64,000 nt of DNA, from contig OY970320.1 of NCBI GenBank assembly GCA_963716745.1, positions 800,001 to 864,000 of the forward strand, read 5' to 3'. Source of the DNA: an uncultured Gemmatimonadaceae bacterium. GTDB lineage: Bacteria > Gemmatimonadota > Gemmatimonadetes > Gemmatimonadales > Gemmatimonadaceae. Each line of letters starts with the position of its first letter. Within the stretch, counting starts at the first letter, position 1. Both the position numbers and the translations under genes were made by a program. This document shows positions 31,566 through 42,514 of the stretch, one piece after another. Under the pieces are notes generated by a model. The model saw only the letters and a list, made by a program, of their open reading frames with translations, searched no databases and had not been told where the DNA came from.

Positions 31566-32041
31566 GCGGCAACTCCATTCTTCTTGATGAATGCGGCAAG
31601 ACCTGCCGCCGCCTGCTGGCGGATCGCGCCCCGCACGAATGGCGTCCATCCGAGCAGCATGCCCTTGGCGCCGAGCGCCTGACGTGACCACCGGTAGAGA
31701 TCGAAACGGTCGACATGACGGATGATCCTGCCGCCGTTAAGAGCGAACTCGGCCTCGATCACATTGTGCACGGGGCGGCCGGTGGCGGTGAAGGTGTACC
31801 ACGCCTCCCAGTGCGCGGCGCCGGCAGTATCAGTGGCGGTGATCGCCGACGCCTCGATGCGCAGGTCCGCCGCGCGGCCGGCGAGCATGCGCCACATCGC
31901 GCCGATCCGCGCGCCCGAGAGATCCAGGAATACGGGATCGTAGAACGTGGCATCCGCCGCATACATCGCAGCCATCGCATTCGCATCTCGGCGCGCGAAG
32001 GCCGCGTAGAAGTCCCGGAGCAGCTGCTCATTCGGATGCAC
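31562..32041 (-). CDS. SnoaL/NTF2-like protein
   Basis: FYAAFARRDANAMAAMY..DPVF..MWRML..WEAWYTF..GRPVHN. Confidence 0.88.
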   Translation of the reverse strand: MHPNEQLLRDFYAAFARRDANAMAAMYAADATFYDPVFLDLSGARIGAMWRMLAGRAADLRIEASAITATDTAGAAHWEAWYTFTATGRPVHNVIEAEFALNGGRIIRHVDRFDLYRWSRQALGAKGMLLGWTPFVRGAIRQQAAAGLAAFIKKNGVAA

Positions 32042-32063
32042 GTCGAGAAGTTGCGTTCAGTCG

Positions 32064-32453
32064 GCATCGCGGCGCAATGGCGGGATTCCTTGCGCCAAAG
32101 GTCGCGGAGCCGGCGCCCGGCGGCGCTCCCGTTTTGCCCCCGGGAACTGCGCTACGGGAGAGACACCCTCTTGGTGGCAGTTCAGCGGGCGCGAACGGAT
32201 CATGGGCCGGGACGTCTGCGGCTCACGGGCATGGAGCGCCGCGGCGGCCGGACCTTCACTTGGGCGCGGGCCGAACGACCGTGGCTTCATGCGCGCAATG
32301 TCGTCCCCTGGATCACGAAGGCCGGCGGCGGGCTTCGCAGAGGCGGCGTCAGCGAGAAGCGAGAGACTCGCGCGCCGTTCGCGCGAGGCTCGAAGCGGTT
32401 CGAGCTGTCCGCCGCCGGCGCGAAGCCCGCCGCCCGCCGCATTCGAGCGATGC
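32064..32453. ncRNA. Candidate large structured RNA or structured repeat
   Basis: Nested helices 32064-70/32447-53, 32094-104/32276-85, 32120-29/32233-42, 32144-50/32177-83 and a perfect 15-bp IR 32324-38/32420-34. Confidence 0.35.
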
Positions 32454-32516
32454 AGCCTAGACATAGTAGCGAGTATCATATATGCTCTTCCCACTCACCA
32501 CGAACCAGAGAGAGAA

Positions 32517-33185
32517 ATGGCCGCCGCGTCGATCTATGCACGGGAACCACAGCAGGCCCGCAGCGCGGAGACGACGCGTCGGTTGATCGACGCGGCGCAG
32601 GAACTCCTCGAGACCCAAAGCTTCGACGACACGTCCGTGACCGCGATCGCGGCGCGCGCCGGCGTCACCATCGGCGCCTTCTACGCGCGCTTCGGCGACA
32701 AGGCCGGCCTGTTGCGCGTGCTCGAGGCGAATCTCCACGAGGCGTTCGAGACCCTCGCCGACGAGCAGACCGTCCCGCAGAAATGGACCGGCCGCGCGAT
32801 CGAGCAGGCGCTGCGCGAGCATCACGAGACGCTCGTGCGCACCTATCGCTCGCAACGCGGCGCCGCGCGCGCGCTCCTGCTCAAGGCGCAGACCGACCCT
32901 GCCCTGCGCAAGCGCATCGACCGCCTCAATCAGCGGAATCTGCCGCTCATCGCGAAGGCGCTCGCGAGTCATGCGAAGATCAGCCATCCCGAAGCCGAGC
33001 GTGCGCTGCAGTTCGCGCTCCTCGCCGTGCGCTCGGTGTGCCGCGAGGTGCTGCTCTTTCACCAAGAATGGCCGGGTGGTCGAAAACTTTCTGATGCCGT
33101 CCTGGTAGAAGAGCTTACGCGCATGGTGCTTGGATATCTGGGACTGAAGAGCGCGGGAAGCGGGAAGCGGGAAGCGCCGCGATGA
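32517..33185 (+). CDS. TetR family regulator
   Basis: PQQARS..LIDAAQELL..TSVTAIAARAGVTIGAFYARFGDK. Confidence 0.92.
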   Translation: MAAASIYAREPQQARSAETTRRLIDAAQELLETQSFDDTSVTAIAARAGVTIGAFYARFGDKAGLLRVLEANLHEAFETLADEQTVPQKWTGRAIEQALREHHETLVRTYRSQRGAARALLLKAQTDPALRKRIDRLNQRNLPLIAKALASHAKISHPEAERALQFALLAVRSVCREVLLFHQEWPGGRKLSDAVLVEELTRMVLGYLGLKSAGSGKREAPR

Positions 33186-33256
33186 GCGCGAACCACTCGA
33201 CGATCCCGCGCGCAGTTCTCGCATCCCGCGGCGCTTCCCACTTCCCGCTTCCCGCG
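33151..33256. repeat. Family A palindromic element overlapping the TetR C-terminus
   Basis: GCGCGGGAAGCGGGAAGCGGGAAGCGCCGCG...CTTCCCGCG. Confidence 0.85.
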
Positions 33257-33270
33257 TGGTTCAGCTGCGT

Positions 33271-33723
33271 ATGAGGCCCTACGATGACGCCGGTGCGTTG
33301 ATCCGCGCCGGCTACGCCGTCCTCAGCGGCAAAGCCACCGAGCCGCGCGATTGGGCGGCGTTCCGCACGTACTACGCGCCGAATGCTCGGCTGGCGCCGG
33401 TGAATGTGAACGCCGATGGATCACCCAAGCTCGAGCTATTCAGCGTTGACGATTACATCACGAGCCGCACCGAGATCCTCGCGCGAACCGATTTCTACGA
33501 GATCGAGATCGCGCGAAAGGAATGGCGCACAGGGAACGTGTCGACGGTGCTGTCGGTGTACGAATCGCGGCGCACACCCGACGGGCCGGCGTTCCAGCGG
33601 GGAGTGAACTCCGTCCTACTCTTTCACGATGGGGCGCGGTGGTGGATAACTGCCATTACGTGGGACGGCGCCTACGCGGGGTCACTTCCCGATGCGCCGG
33701 TGCCGGAGCTCAAGCACACGTAG
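33271..33723 (+). CDS. NTF2-like hypothetical protein
   Basis: VLSG..RDWAAFR..FYEIE..RGVNSV..DGARWWI. Confidence 0.75.
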   Translation: MRPYDDAGALIRAGYAVLSGKATEPRDWAAFRTYYAPNARLAPVNVNADGSPKLELFSVDDYITSRTEILARTDFYEIEIARKEWRTGNVSTVLSVYESRRTPDGPAFQRGVNSVLLFHDGARWWITAITWDGAYAGSLPDAPVPELKHT

Positions 33724-33833
33724 GACGCGGGACTCGGGGCTCGGGACTCGCCGCGGGACTCGCTAACGACGCATAGATCCATCGCGCCGTTCTCGCGTCC
33801 CTCGGCGAGTCCCGAGTCCCGAGTCCCGCGTAG
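33724..33833. repeat. Family A palindromic element between convergent genes
   Basis: Directly abuts both stop codons. Confidence 0.9.
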
Positions 33834-35522
33834 TCATGGCCGTCCCGCCCATTCCATCACCGCGCGCTCCAATTCTGGCAGCGTCACGCTCGGATCGTCG
33901 AGCACCACGGCGTGGAAGCCTCTCAGATCGAACCTCGCCCCCATCGCGCGTTCCGCTCGCGAGCGCGCGCCGGTGATCGCCAGGTCCCCAATGCCGTAGG
34001 TCGCGAGCTGGCCGGGCGTTGCGGCATGACGGTCGGCGTATGAGCTCGCCTGCGCCATCGGGCGGCCCGCGACGGCCATCATCGTGTCGATCGCCTGCGC
34101 GCGAGTCCAGCCGCGCGCGTGCATGCCGATATCGGCTTGCAGTGCGATATAGACATCCAGCCGGTGGATCAGATAGCCAAGGCGCAGCAGCGGCGTGTCG
34201 AACAGTCCGGCCTCGTCGGCCAGCTGCTCCGAGTAGATCCCCCACCCTTCCAGATACGTGCCGCTCGAGAGGAATGCGGGCGCGCCGTTCGCGGCGCGCG
34301 CTTGCGCGGCGTACACATACTGGAAGTGATGCCCGGGATACCCCTCGTGCGACGCGCCGACGCCAATGTTCATGCGCGCGATGCCGCCCGGCTGATAGGC
34401 GTTCACGAAGAAGATGGCCGGCGACGATCCATCGCGCGGTGCGGGTGAATACTGCGCGGGCGCGGCCGCCGGCGCCTGTGCCTTGCCGATCGCGCGGATG
34501 ACGATCGGGGCGTCGGGGGTCTTCGCGAATTGCAGCGGGAGCAGCTTCCGCGCCCGGTCCAACATCGTGGTGTACGCCGCCAGGATCGAATCGGGGTCGT
34601 GCATCACGAGCGACGAGTCGGTGCGCGCGCGGCGGAGGATCTCACCCAGCGTGATGTTCGGACCGAACACGATCTTCCCCACCCGAAGGATCTCGTCGCC
34701 CACTTTCACGCGCTCGGTGACCGCGATCGCGTAAATGGAATCGAGATTCGGCTGGATGGTGGTCGCGCTCCAGACGATCGCCGAATAGCACTCGGCGCCG
34801 TGCGGAAGCGACGTGAGGCCGGGCTCGGCGCGCGCGGCAGCGAGATAGTCGCTCGCGAGATAGTCGCGGTAGCGATGCAGCGCCGGCGCCACGGAGTCGG
34901 CGATCGCGCGGCGCCAGGCGGCATCGAACGCGGCGTTCGTATCGCGCGCAATGGGACCCTGGAGAGCGCGCGCGCCCGAGTCGAGCATCGCATCGAGCTG
35001 CCCGATCACGCGCTGCACGTTGGCGCGCGGCGCCGTGTAGCCCGCGGCGACGCCCGCGCGCAGGTTCTCGAGCTGGCGCCGCACCGCCTCCGGCATCCGG
35101 TTCGCGCCGTTGAGCATGTGGTTGCGCGCGGCGGGAGCGCCGAGCGGCTGGTTCGCGATCGTGGCGGCGAACTGGGCCTGGAATCCGAAGAGCTGGTCGA
35201 CATTCCAGAGACGGAAGCGGCAGACCTGCTCCGCGCGGGCCGCGCCAACGAATCCGCGCACGGCGACGAGACGGGCCCGGAGCCGGCGGTCGCTCAGCGA
35301 AGCGGGATCGATCGCGGCCAACTGCGCATCCCACGTCGCGAGCGCCGCCGAATCGGCGGCGGTCTCAGCCGCGTTCGCGACTCCCCAGAACCCATTGCCC
35401 TCTTCGTTCTCGAACCGGGCGGCGATGCTCGAGTCGACCGCGGCGAGGGCGGCGTCCTGGGCGCTGAGCGCGACAGGTGCGATGAGCAGGAGCAGGGTCA
35501 GCGAGCGCATGAGGAGGGTCAT
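33834..35522 (-). CDS. DUF885 family protein
   Basis: HEGYPGHHFQ, EGWGIYSE, DIGMH..GWTR, PGQLATY, FDLRGFH. Confidence 0.92.
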   Translation of the reverse strand: MTLLMRSLTLLLLIAPVALSAQDAALAAVDSSIAARFENEEGNGFWGVANAAETAADSAALATWDAQLAAIDPASLSDRRLRARLVAVRGFVGAARAEQVCRFRLWNVDQLFGFQAQFAATIANQPLGAPAARNHMLNGANRMPEAVRRQLENLRAGVAAGYTAPRANVQRVIGQLDAMLDSGARALQGPIARDTNAAFDAAWRRAIADSVAPALHRYRDYLASDYLAAARAEPGLTSLPHGAECYSAIVWSATTIQPNLDSIYAIAVTERVKVGDEILRVGKIVFGPNITLGEILRRARTDSSLVMHDPDSILAAYTTMLDRARKLLPLQFAKTPDAPIVIRAIGKAQAPAAAPAQYSPAPRDGSSPAIFFVNAYQPGGIARMNIGVGASHEGYPGHHFQYVYAAQARAANGAPAFLSSGTYLEGWGIYSEQLADEAGLFDTPLLRLGYLIHRLDVYIALQADIGMHARGWTRAQAIDTMMAVAGRPMAQASSYADRHAATPGQLATYGIGDLAITGARSRAERAMGARFDLRGFHAVVLDDPSVTLPELERAVMEWAGRP

Positions 35523-35557
35523 GCGTGAATATAGTACTCAATGCTATCATTTTACAA

Positions 35558-35668
35558 GCGCGGGACTCGGGGCTCGGGACTCGCCGCGGGATTCGAGAAC
35601 GGCGCGTGAATCAATCGCGCAGTATTCGCGTCCCGCGGCGAGTCCCGAGTCCCGAATCCCGCGTAGTT
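35558..35668. repeat. Family A palindromic element
   Basis: GGGACTC arms; ends GTAGTT on a stop codon. Confidence 0.9.
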
Positions 35669-36228
35669 AATGCGGCCAAAGCCAAACGAACGTCAGCCCC
35701 ACGATCAGCGAGTAGATGATCCCGTCGAACGTGCTCGTGAGCGTGATCCGCATCGACCGGCGATACCAGATCGTCAGCTGCCAGAGCGCGAGCACGTAGC
35801 CGGCGAACGCGACGATGAACGCCGAGTGGAAGATCAGCTTGCTCGTCGCCGCCCGGGCCCACTAGCGTGCCGGCAATGTGCGCCGCGAACAGCGCCACCA
35901 CGAGCTGATAGATGAACCACTGGCCGAGCAGCTTCCCCATGTTGTCCATCATGCCCTTGTAGACGGTCATGATCAGCACCGGACCACGCTCGGCCTTCGC
36001 CTTGAATTCCGGCGTCTTCATGTCCGCCATGCTGCCGGGGCGCGGCAGCATGTAATCGCCGGGCGCCAGGTTGAACGGACGCAGCGCATCCATGATCGCG
36101 TCCTGGTTGGGCAGCTGCGGGTAGTCGCCCTTATGCCAGGGCAGCACCATGTGGATCAGCGAGCTCGCGATGAACGCGAACACGGTGGAGACGATGATCG
36201 GGAGCCAGAGGGACATGATCGGGGTCAT
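35667..36228 (-). CDS. Conserved membrane protein (frameshift near 35845)
   Basis: LWLPII..SSLIHMVLPWHKGDY..PGDYMLP; C-terminus WLWPH*. Confidence 0.75.
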
Positions 36229-36348
36229 CAGCTACCTCGCAGGTTGAGCGTTCCTCGTGCGTCGTTCCTCGCACTGCGGCTATCGGTGTTTGTTCGGGAT
36301 GTGGCCGAGTGGCTATGATACTATAGTAGACCGGCCGAATTCGTCAAA

Positions 36349-36807
36349 TCAGCGCTTCCGCAGCTTGGACTTCGGGTTCAGCATGTGCTCGACGAAGACG
36401 TCCACCGGGATCGCTCCGATCGCCTCCTTGATGGACGGCAGGTCGAGGTCGTCCAGGGTTTTGAAGTGGATGCAGCACTTCCCCATGTTGAGCCGCTTCC
36501 CCGCCCGCTTGAATCCCTGCTGGAGCGTCTTGAGCGCCGGCTCGTGTCCGTACGCGCTCATCAGGTAGAGCGTCGCGTTCTTGTTATGCCCCGAGAGCGC
36601 GGCGTACAGGAGCGGCTTCCCGTTATAGGTCTTGGGACAGACCGAGAGCGGCACCGACCAGGCGATCATCCCCCATTCCATCATTTCTTTGTAGCCCTTC
36701 GGGATCGCCTTCTTCACGATCGCGCGGGCCGCAGACACGACCTTGCGGCGTTCGGGGGGCAGCTCCTTCAGATACGCGGCGGGGGAAGCGGCAGTGCTAC
36801 GGTCCAT
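36349..36807 (-). CDS. DUF1801 (YdhG-like) protein
   Basis: PKGYKE..WGMI..TYNGKPL..MGKCCIHF. Confidence 0.88.
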   Translation of the reverse strand: MDRSTAASPAAYLKELPPERRKVVSAARAIVKKAIPKGYKEMMEWGMIAWSVPLSVCPKTYNGKPLLYAALSGHNKNATLYLMSAYGHEPALKTLQQGFKRAGKRLNMGKCCIHFKTLDDLDLPSIKEAIGAIPVDVFVEHMLNPKSKLRKR

Positions 36808-36846
36808 GAGCTGCCTCGGGGATCGGGAGTCGGGAGTCGTTAGCGC

Positions 36847-38152
36847 TCAGCCTGAATCACGCAGCGCGTCCGCCACCTCGCCGGCGAGCTGCCGGCGGCG
36901 CGCGGTGAGGCGGCCAATACTATCGCCCCGGAAAGTGCGCAACCAGAGCGCGCGCGTCCACTCCAACACGCCGTCCGCCAGCTCACCATAGCGAAGCGCG
37001 ATGTAGCCGGTGAGCGCCGCGACCGCGAATGCGGGCACGAGCCACACCCAACCGAACAGCACGCCGACCACGATCGACTCCGCGATCCACGCGCCCCCAA
37101 TGAACACGACGCCCGACAGCAATTTCACTGTGCCGAGCACGTCGTCGCTCTCGGCATTCCGCTCGGCGACGAGTCCCGCGAGACGGTACGGCACCCAGCC
37201 GAGGATCACGCCAATGTCGGCGAGCGGCAACAGCACGATCAGCTTCATGACGGCCCACGCAAACGTCGTGTATCGCACGGGCTCCAATTCGAGCGACCAC
37301 GGATCGCGCACGCCCATGCGCCGCAGCATGCGCGCATAATCGCGCGCGTCCCTGGCGATGCGGTCCACTCTCACCGGATCGTTCGCGCTCACGCGCCGGT
37401 ACGCATCGGCCAGCCGGTGCGCACGTCGGTGACGCGCTGCCGGATCCTGCGCGTCACCGTCGACGGCGGTCCACGCAGCCACGAGCGCCACACCCTCGAG
37501 GAGTTCGCGCGACTCGGCCTGCAGCACCACGTCGTCGAGGTGCTCGCGGATGACCTCGGTGAGTTCGTTCACGGCCGCGCGCTCGTCGCGCGCGATACTC
37601 GGCGAGCCGCGGCGCGACGGCGATCGGCTCGCCCACCACTAACAATACGCTGGAGCGGAAGGTCACCTTGTTGTCGAAGTGCAATCCGATCGGGATGACG
37701 ATCAGTCCGCGGTGCGACTCGGCCTCGGCCGAGAGCGCGATGCGCGCGGCGCCGGTCTTGAGCTCCCGCAGAGCAGGATCGGAGTGCGACGTGCCCTCCG
37801 GGAAGAGCGCGACCGCGCCATCGCGCGCGATCTCGGCGCGGCAGAGCGCGAAACTCTCTTCGTTGCGCGACGCGTCGCCGGAGCGATCGCCCGATTCATG
37901 CGCGCGATACACCGGGATCGTGCCGAACGCGCGCATGCCCGCGCGGCCGATCGGGTTGTCGAAGAAGGTGCTTTTCGCGAGGAATCGCACGGGCCGCCCG
38001 GTCGCGATGCGCACGACGATCGGATCGAGCAGGCCGTTCGGATGATTGACCACGAAGAGCACCGGACCCGCAGCGGGAAGGCGCTCGGCGTTCTCGACGG
38101 TGCGCGTTGGGTAGTAGAGGCGCACGAGCGCTTCGAAGAGGGCGGCGATCAT
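36847..38152 (-). CDS. PlsC-like glycerolipid acyltransferase with TM C-terminus (frameshift near 37580)
   Basis: NHPNGLLD, FLAKSTFF, FPEGTS, KTGAAR. Confidence 0.88.
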
Positions 38153-38265
38153 TGAACTACGCGGGACTCGGCACTCGGGACTCGCCGCGGGATTCGAGAA
38201 CGGCGCGCGCGCCCATCGCGCATTTCTCGCGCCCCGCGGCGAGTCCCGAGTCCCGAGTCCCGCGC
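38152..38265. repeat. Family A palindromic element
   Basis: TTGAACTACGCGGGACTCGGCACTCGGGACTCGCCGCGGG... Confidence 0.9.
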
Positions 38266-38272
38266 ACTTGGT

Positions 38273-39048
38273 TCACCGGTAGATCTTCCACACGACCTCA
38301 CGCGGCAGCAGCACCGTCTTGCTCAGGTCATAGCGCGATTCCGCCCACGCAATGAGTTTCGGCAGCGTCTCGGCCTGAACGGCCGGCGGTACGTTCCACG
38401 TGTAGGAGCACTTGCCGGTCACGATGCGCGAGAGGAATTCCGAGAGCGGCATGCTGAAATCGCCGGCGAAGCGGCGCTCGGCGGATTTCTATGAAGTGGA
38501 GCTTCGCGAGTTCGGCTTCCACTTGTGCCTCCGTGCGCGCGCCGGGATGGAACGGATCGACGACGCCGGCCGCCTCGAAGAGTTCGCGGGCCTTCTCGCG
38601 CATCTCGAGCCATTCCTCGTCGGGCGCGCCGTTGCCCCATTCGTGCAAGAGCGGCGCGCCGGGCTTCAATACGCGCCGGATCTCGGTGAGCACATCGCGC
38701 CAATCGGGCATCACGTAGAGGAGGCGCGCGATGAGTACCGCGTCGAAATGCGCGGCGTCGAATGGGAGTCTCGCACCTTCGCCGCGAAGCACCGTGACCG
38801 GCAGCGCGCCGGCCTTCTCGCGAAGCACCTGAAGCATCCCGTCCGCCGGCTCAACGGCAGTGACACGGAATCCGAGTCCGGCGAAGGGGATCGCGACACG
38901 GCCGGTGCCCTGCCCCGACCTCGAGCACTTCGGCGCCTTTCGCGACTCCGGCGGCACTCGCGAGCTCGCTCGCGTTGGCGATCGAGAGGCCGCCATGCCG
39001 CCCGTCATACGACGCGGCCGCCGGAGAGAAATCAACGCGCGCAGGCAT
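38273..39048 (-). CDS. Class I SAM-dependent methyltransferase (frameshifted)
   Basis: AASYD..VLEVGAG/TGR, VEPADGML, LPFDAAHFDAV, RRVLKPG. Confidence 0.85.
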
Positions 39049-39093
39049 TTGCAGTTTGCTGTACCCGAGTCCCGAGTCCCGAATCCCGAGAAG

Positions 39094-39573
39094 TTAGTGG
39101 CCGATCGGCGGACCGTCGTTCCATATATCAACCGTACAGCGCCATTGACCGTCGGCATCGACGCGCCAGAAGGAGACGCCGCGCGATGCGAAAGTCGCCG
39201 TCTTGCCGTCGGCAGCCTTCATAGTGGCGGTCTGAACGCCGGTCATGTACGCGGTCTTGCCGTCGGGGGAGAAGACGGGCTTGTCCGATTTCCAGGTAAT
39301 GCTGAAGCCCGGCACTTTCATCGCGCCGGCGATATAGGATTTGATGGCAGCCTTGCCCACGTACGCCGGCTCGCCGGGTGGGATCACGATTGCGTCATCG
39401 CTCCAGTAGGAGACGATCGCATCGGCATCTTTTCCGGCGAAGGCTGTCGCGGCCCAGGTGGAATCGCGCGCGAGCAAGGCTTTGCCGAGGGCGACGGTGT
39501 CGATCGGGGCGGCGGGGGGAGTGCAGGCGGCGAGGGCGAGCGCGATCATCGCGGCGGAAAAGCACTGCTTCAT
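39094..39573 (-). CDS. YybH/DUF4440 NTF2-like lipoprotein
   Basis: LAAC; DADAIVSYWSDDA..WRVDADGQWRC..DIWN. Confidence 0.85.
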   Translation of the reverse strand: MKQCFSAAMIALALAACTPPAAPIDTVALGKALLARDSTWAATAFAGKDADAIVSYWSDDAIVIPPGEPAYVGKAAIKSYIAGAMKVPGFSITWKSDKPVFSPDGKTAYMTGVQTATMKAADGKTATFASRGVSFWRVDADGQWRCTVDIWNDGPPIGH

Positions 39574-39608
39574 GTGGGGCCTCAGGAGAGAGTGTTCGAG
39601 GTTGGGAA

Positions 39609-39793
39609 GGCTGCAGTGATCAGTAAACAGTCCCTGAGTAACCGCCAGTCGACAGTCTACAGTCAACAGGTCACAGAAAACGGATCGCGATCTGGCGCGC
39701 CTCCGTTCTCCGAATCGTGATCCGCTTTCTGTTGGCTGTAGACTGTAGACTGTCGACTGGCAGTCACTCGAGGACTGTTTACTGTTGACTGCA
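39609..39793. repeat. Family B palindromic element
   Basis: Arms nearly identical to 30768-30948. Confidence 0.9.
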
Positions 39794-39832
39794 ACTCAGT
39801 CGCACACGGGTGATGATGGTCGCAGTCCGAGG

Positions 39833-42439
39833 TTACGGCTTCACCACCCGACTCAACCACGAATCTCCATGATACTCTCGCTGCAATAACGTCGCCCGCT
39901 TCAGATCGCGCGACACCGTGACCTCCGCCGCACGCACCGGGATCGTGCCGAGCGACCGCATCGCAGCGGGACCGGATACGTCATAGATCGCATTCGTCTC
40001 CGTCGTCGGCCATGCGTGCAGTGCGAAAGCGCCGCCATCGAGTGCCGTGAGGTCGAGGCCCTCCGAGAATGCCCCGCCCCATCGCACGGGCGTGCCACCG
40101 TCCACCGATACGACCGCGACTCCGGCGGTGTCGAACGTACCATTGTTCCAGCCGCCCATCGCGAGGTGCGTCCCGTCCGCGCTCACGCTCAGTCGGGTCA
40201 CCTGGCCGAACCAGGTCGGCAGCTTGATCTCCTTGGTCCCGCCGCCGCGCATGATCATCACGCGGTCCCCTGTGGCCGGGATATAGGCCCAGCCATCGGG
40301 CAGCGCGGCGACGCTCCGGTAGATGGAATCGGGAAGGTCGACCGATCTCAATACGGCGCCTGTGCGCACATCCGTGACCGCTACGTGAGATCCGGTGGGG
40401 CTTTGCGTACGCACGACGATCGATATGGAGTCCACCCAATCCCACTGCATTGGCGTGCCCTGCGTGCTCACCGGTGTTTCGCTGCCGCCTTCGAATGGCA
40501 TGACGCTCAAGCGCCGCTCCGACGCGCCGGTGCTCGACGGCATGAGGCGCGCCACGAGGATCCGCGTACCGTTCGGTGAGATGTCCGGATATACCGTGTT
40601 GGAGGACTTCGCGAATCGCTTGCTCTCGGCGAGCCGCCCCTTGAGCAGATCGGCGAGATCGAGCGCCCATGCCGAGCTCTCGGTGGTCCCCTCGTCGATC
40701 ACGATCGAGCCGCCGTCGGCGGTGACGGTGAAATTGTTGAACCGCCCCGCATACAACGTGTCCTGGCGCGTCGCGAGCCTTCCGCTCGACGGATCGAGTC
40801 CCACGCGCACGATCGATTCGAAGCCTTGCCCCAAGCGCGTGAGCCAGAGCGCGCCGTTGCTGAGCACGCCGGGACAGGTGCACGAATTGAGCACTTTGTC
40901 GGCGACTGTCCCGTTCCGGTCCATCACCTGCCAGAGCCCGTGGCCGCGTTGAATGATGAGCGCCACGATCCAATTGCCGTCGGGCGAGACGCTGAGCCCC
41001 GAGATCCCCGTGCCGAGCCCCGCGACGTGGATGCTGTCGTGCACGATGCCGCTGAGCGATGCGACGCGAATGAAGTGGATGGAGTCGACGCTCGCGGACG
41101 GCGGCGTGATCAGCAGTGAATCGCCGCCGGCCCAGAAGGTGGCGGTGCCGGGCGTGAGGAACACCGGCGGCCCGCCGAGCGCGGAGAGCAGGTAGAAGCC
41201 GTAGCGCCCGTTGAAGGAGCCGGCGAAGATGAGCCCGCGGCGGTCGCGGCTCCACTCGAGGTAGAACAGCGATGTGGCGCCATCCAGGATCCGGTGCGTG
41301 CTCGTGCCGCCGACGTCCTGCACATCCACGGAGTACGTGCACGTGGCGGGCGTACAATTCTGTGTCACGAAGGCGAGCTGCTTGCCGTCGGAGGAGATCG
41401 CGGAGCCGATGGAATTCCCCGAGTACGTGAGCTGCGTGCGGTCGCGCAGGGCGAAGTTGGCGCCGTGATGGCCGAACTTGCCCATGGCGAAGACGACGAT
41501 GAGCGCGGCGACAACGGCGCCGCCGATGGCCGCGGCGATCGTGAGCACGCGCGAGCGCGCGGCCGCCGCCGGCGCCGGCGCCGCGGAGGCGACCGCACCG
41601 GTCTCGTGCTTGATCTCGAGGGCCTTGGCGAACTCGCCGGCGCTCGGGAAGCGGTCGGCGGGCGTCTTGTCGAGCGCTTTGGCGACTGCGGCGTCGATGT
41701 TCAGTGGCACGGACTCTCGCACCACTCGGAGATGCGTCGGACGCTCCATCATGAGCTTCGCGATCATCGCCTGCGCGCTCGGCCCGGTCACCGGCGGTTC
41801 GCCGGCGAGCATCTCGTAGAGGACCGCGGCGAGCGAATAGACATCGCTGCGCGCGTCCAGCGTGCGGTCGCCGGTGGCCTGTTCGGGGGACATGTACTGG
41901 GGCGTGCCGAGCGAGAGTCCGGTCTCGGTGAGGCGATTGCCGCCGGCTTCCTTCACGGCGAGGGCGATGCCGAAGTCGGCGAGCATCGCCTCCCCTTCCT
42001 GCAGGAGGATGTTCTCCGGCTTGATGTCGCGGTGGACCACGCCGTGGCGGTGCGCATAATCGAGCGCGCTCGCGATCTGGCGCGTGATCGTGATCGCTTC
42101 CTCCAGGCCGAGCTGCTTGTCGCGGTTGAGTTTCTCGCGCAGCGACTCGCCGCGGACGTACGGGAGCACATAGTAGAAGAAGCTGTCGGCGACGCCCGAA
42201 TCGATGAGCGTCAGGATGTGCGGATGATCGAGCCGCGCCGTGATCTTGATCTCGGCGAGGAAGCGATCGGAGCCGAGGACGGCGCCGAGCTCGGGGCGGA
42301 GGATCTTGAGTGCGACCTCGCGCTCGTGCTTGAGGTCGAACGCGAGATAGACCGTGGCCATGCCGCCGGATCCGATCTCGCGCTCGAGGCGGTAGCGATC
42401 GGAAAGGGCGGATTGGAGGCGAGCGGGGGCGTCGAGCAT
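39833..42439 (-). CDS. Hanks-type Ser/Thr kinase with TM helix and TolB-like beta-propeller
   Basis: IGSGGMATV, VALK, HRDIKPEN, DFG, GTPQYMSPEQ; S.DG repeats. Confidence 0.95.
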   Translation of the reverse strand: MLDAPARLQSALSDRYRLEREIGSGGMATVYLAFDLKHEREVALKILRPELGAVLGSDRFLAEIKITARLDHPHILTLIDSGVADSFFYYVLPYVRGESLREKLNRDKQLGLEEAITITRQIASALDYAHRHGVVHRDIKPENILLQEGEAMLADFGIALAVKEAGGNRLTETGLSLGTPQYMSPEQATGDRTLDARSDVYSLAAVLYEMLAGEPPVTGPSAQAMIAKLMMERPTHLRVVRESVPLNIDAAVAKALDKTPADRFPSAGEFAKALEIKHETGAVASAAPAPAAAARSRVLTIAAAIGGAVVAALIVVFAMGKFGHHGANFALRDRTQLTYSGNSIGSAISSDGKQLAFVTQNCTPATCTYSVDVQDVGGTSTHRILDGATSLFYLEWSRDRRGLIFAGSFNGRYGFYLLSALGGPPVFLTPGTATFWAGGDSLLITPPSASVDSIHFIRVASLSGIVHDSIHVAGLGTGISGLSVSPDGNWIVALIIQRGHGLWQVMDRNGTVADKVLNSCTCPGVLSNGALWLTRLGQGFESIVRVGLDPSSGRLATRQDTLYAGRFNNFTVTADGGSIVIDEGTTESSAWALDLADLLKGRLAESKRFAKSSNTVYPDISPNGTRILVARLMPSSTGASERRLSVMPFEGGSETPVSTQGTPMQWDWVDSISIVVRTQSPTGSHVAVTDVRTGAVLRSVDLPDSIYRSVAALPDGWAYIPATGDRVMIMRGGGTKEIKLPTWFGQVTRLSVSADGTHLAMGGWNNGTFDTAGVAVVSVDGGTPVRWGGAFSEGLDLTALDGGAFALHAWPTTETNAIYDVSGPAAMRSLGTIPVRAAEVTVSRDLKRATLLQREYHGDSWLSRVVKP

Positions 42440-42514
42440 GCACCACTCCGAAAAAGGGGGTTATCGCGAGGGGAAGATAGCGGTTCCATTCGCGACTGGC
42501 GAGCGGGGAACGCG

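Noticed and set aside
32057..32494. 145-aa ORF, or RNase P RNA/tmRNA/cobalamin riboswitch
   Set aside because: The ORF is low-complexity Arg/Pro/Ala, and conserved RNA signatures (GAGGAAAGUCC, tRNA-like CCA end, B12 box) are absent.
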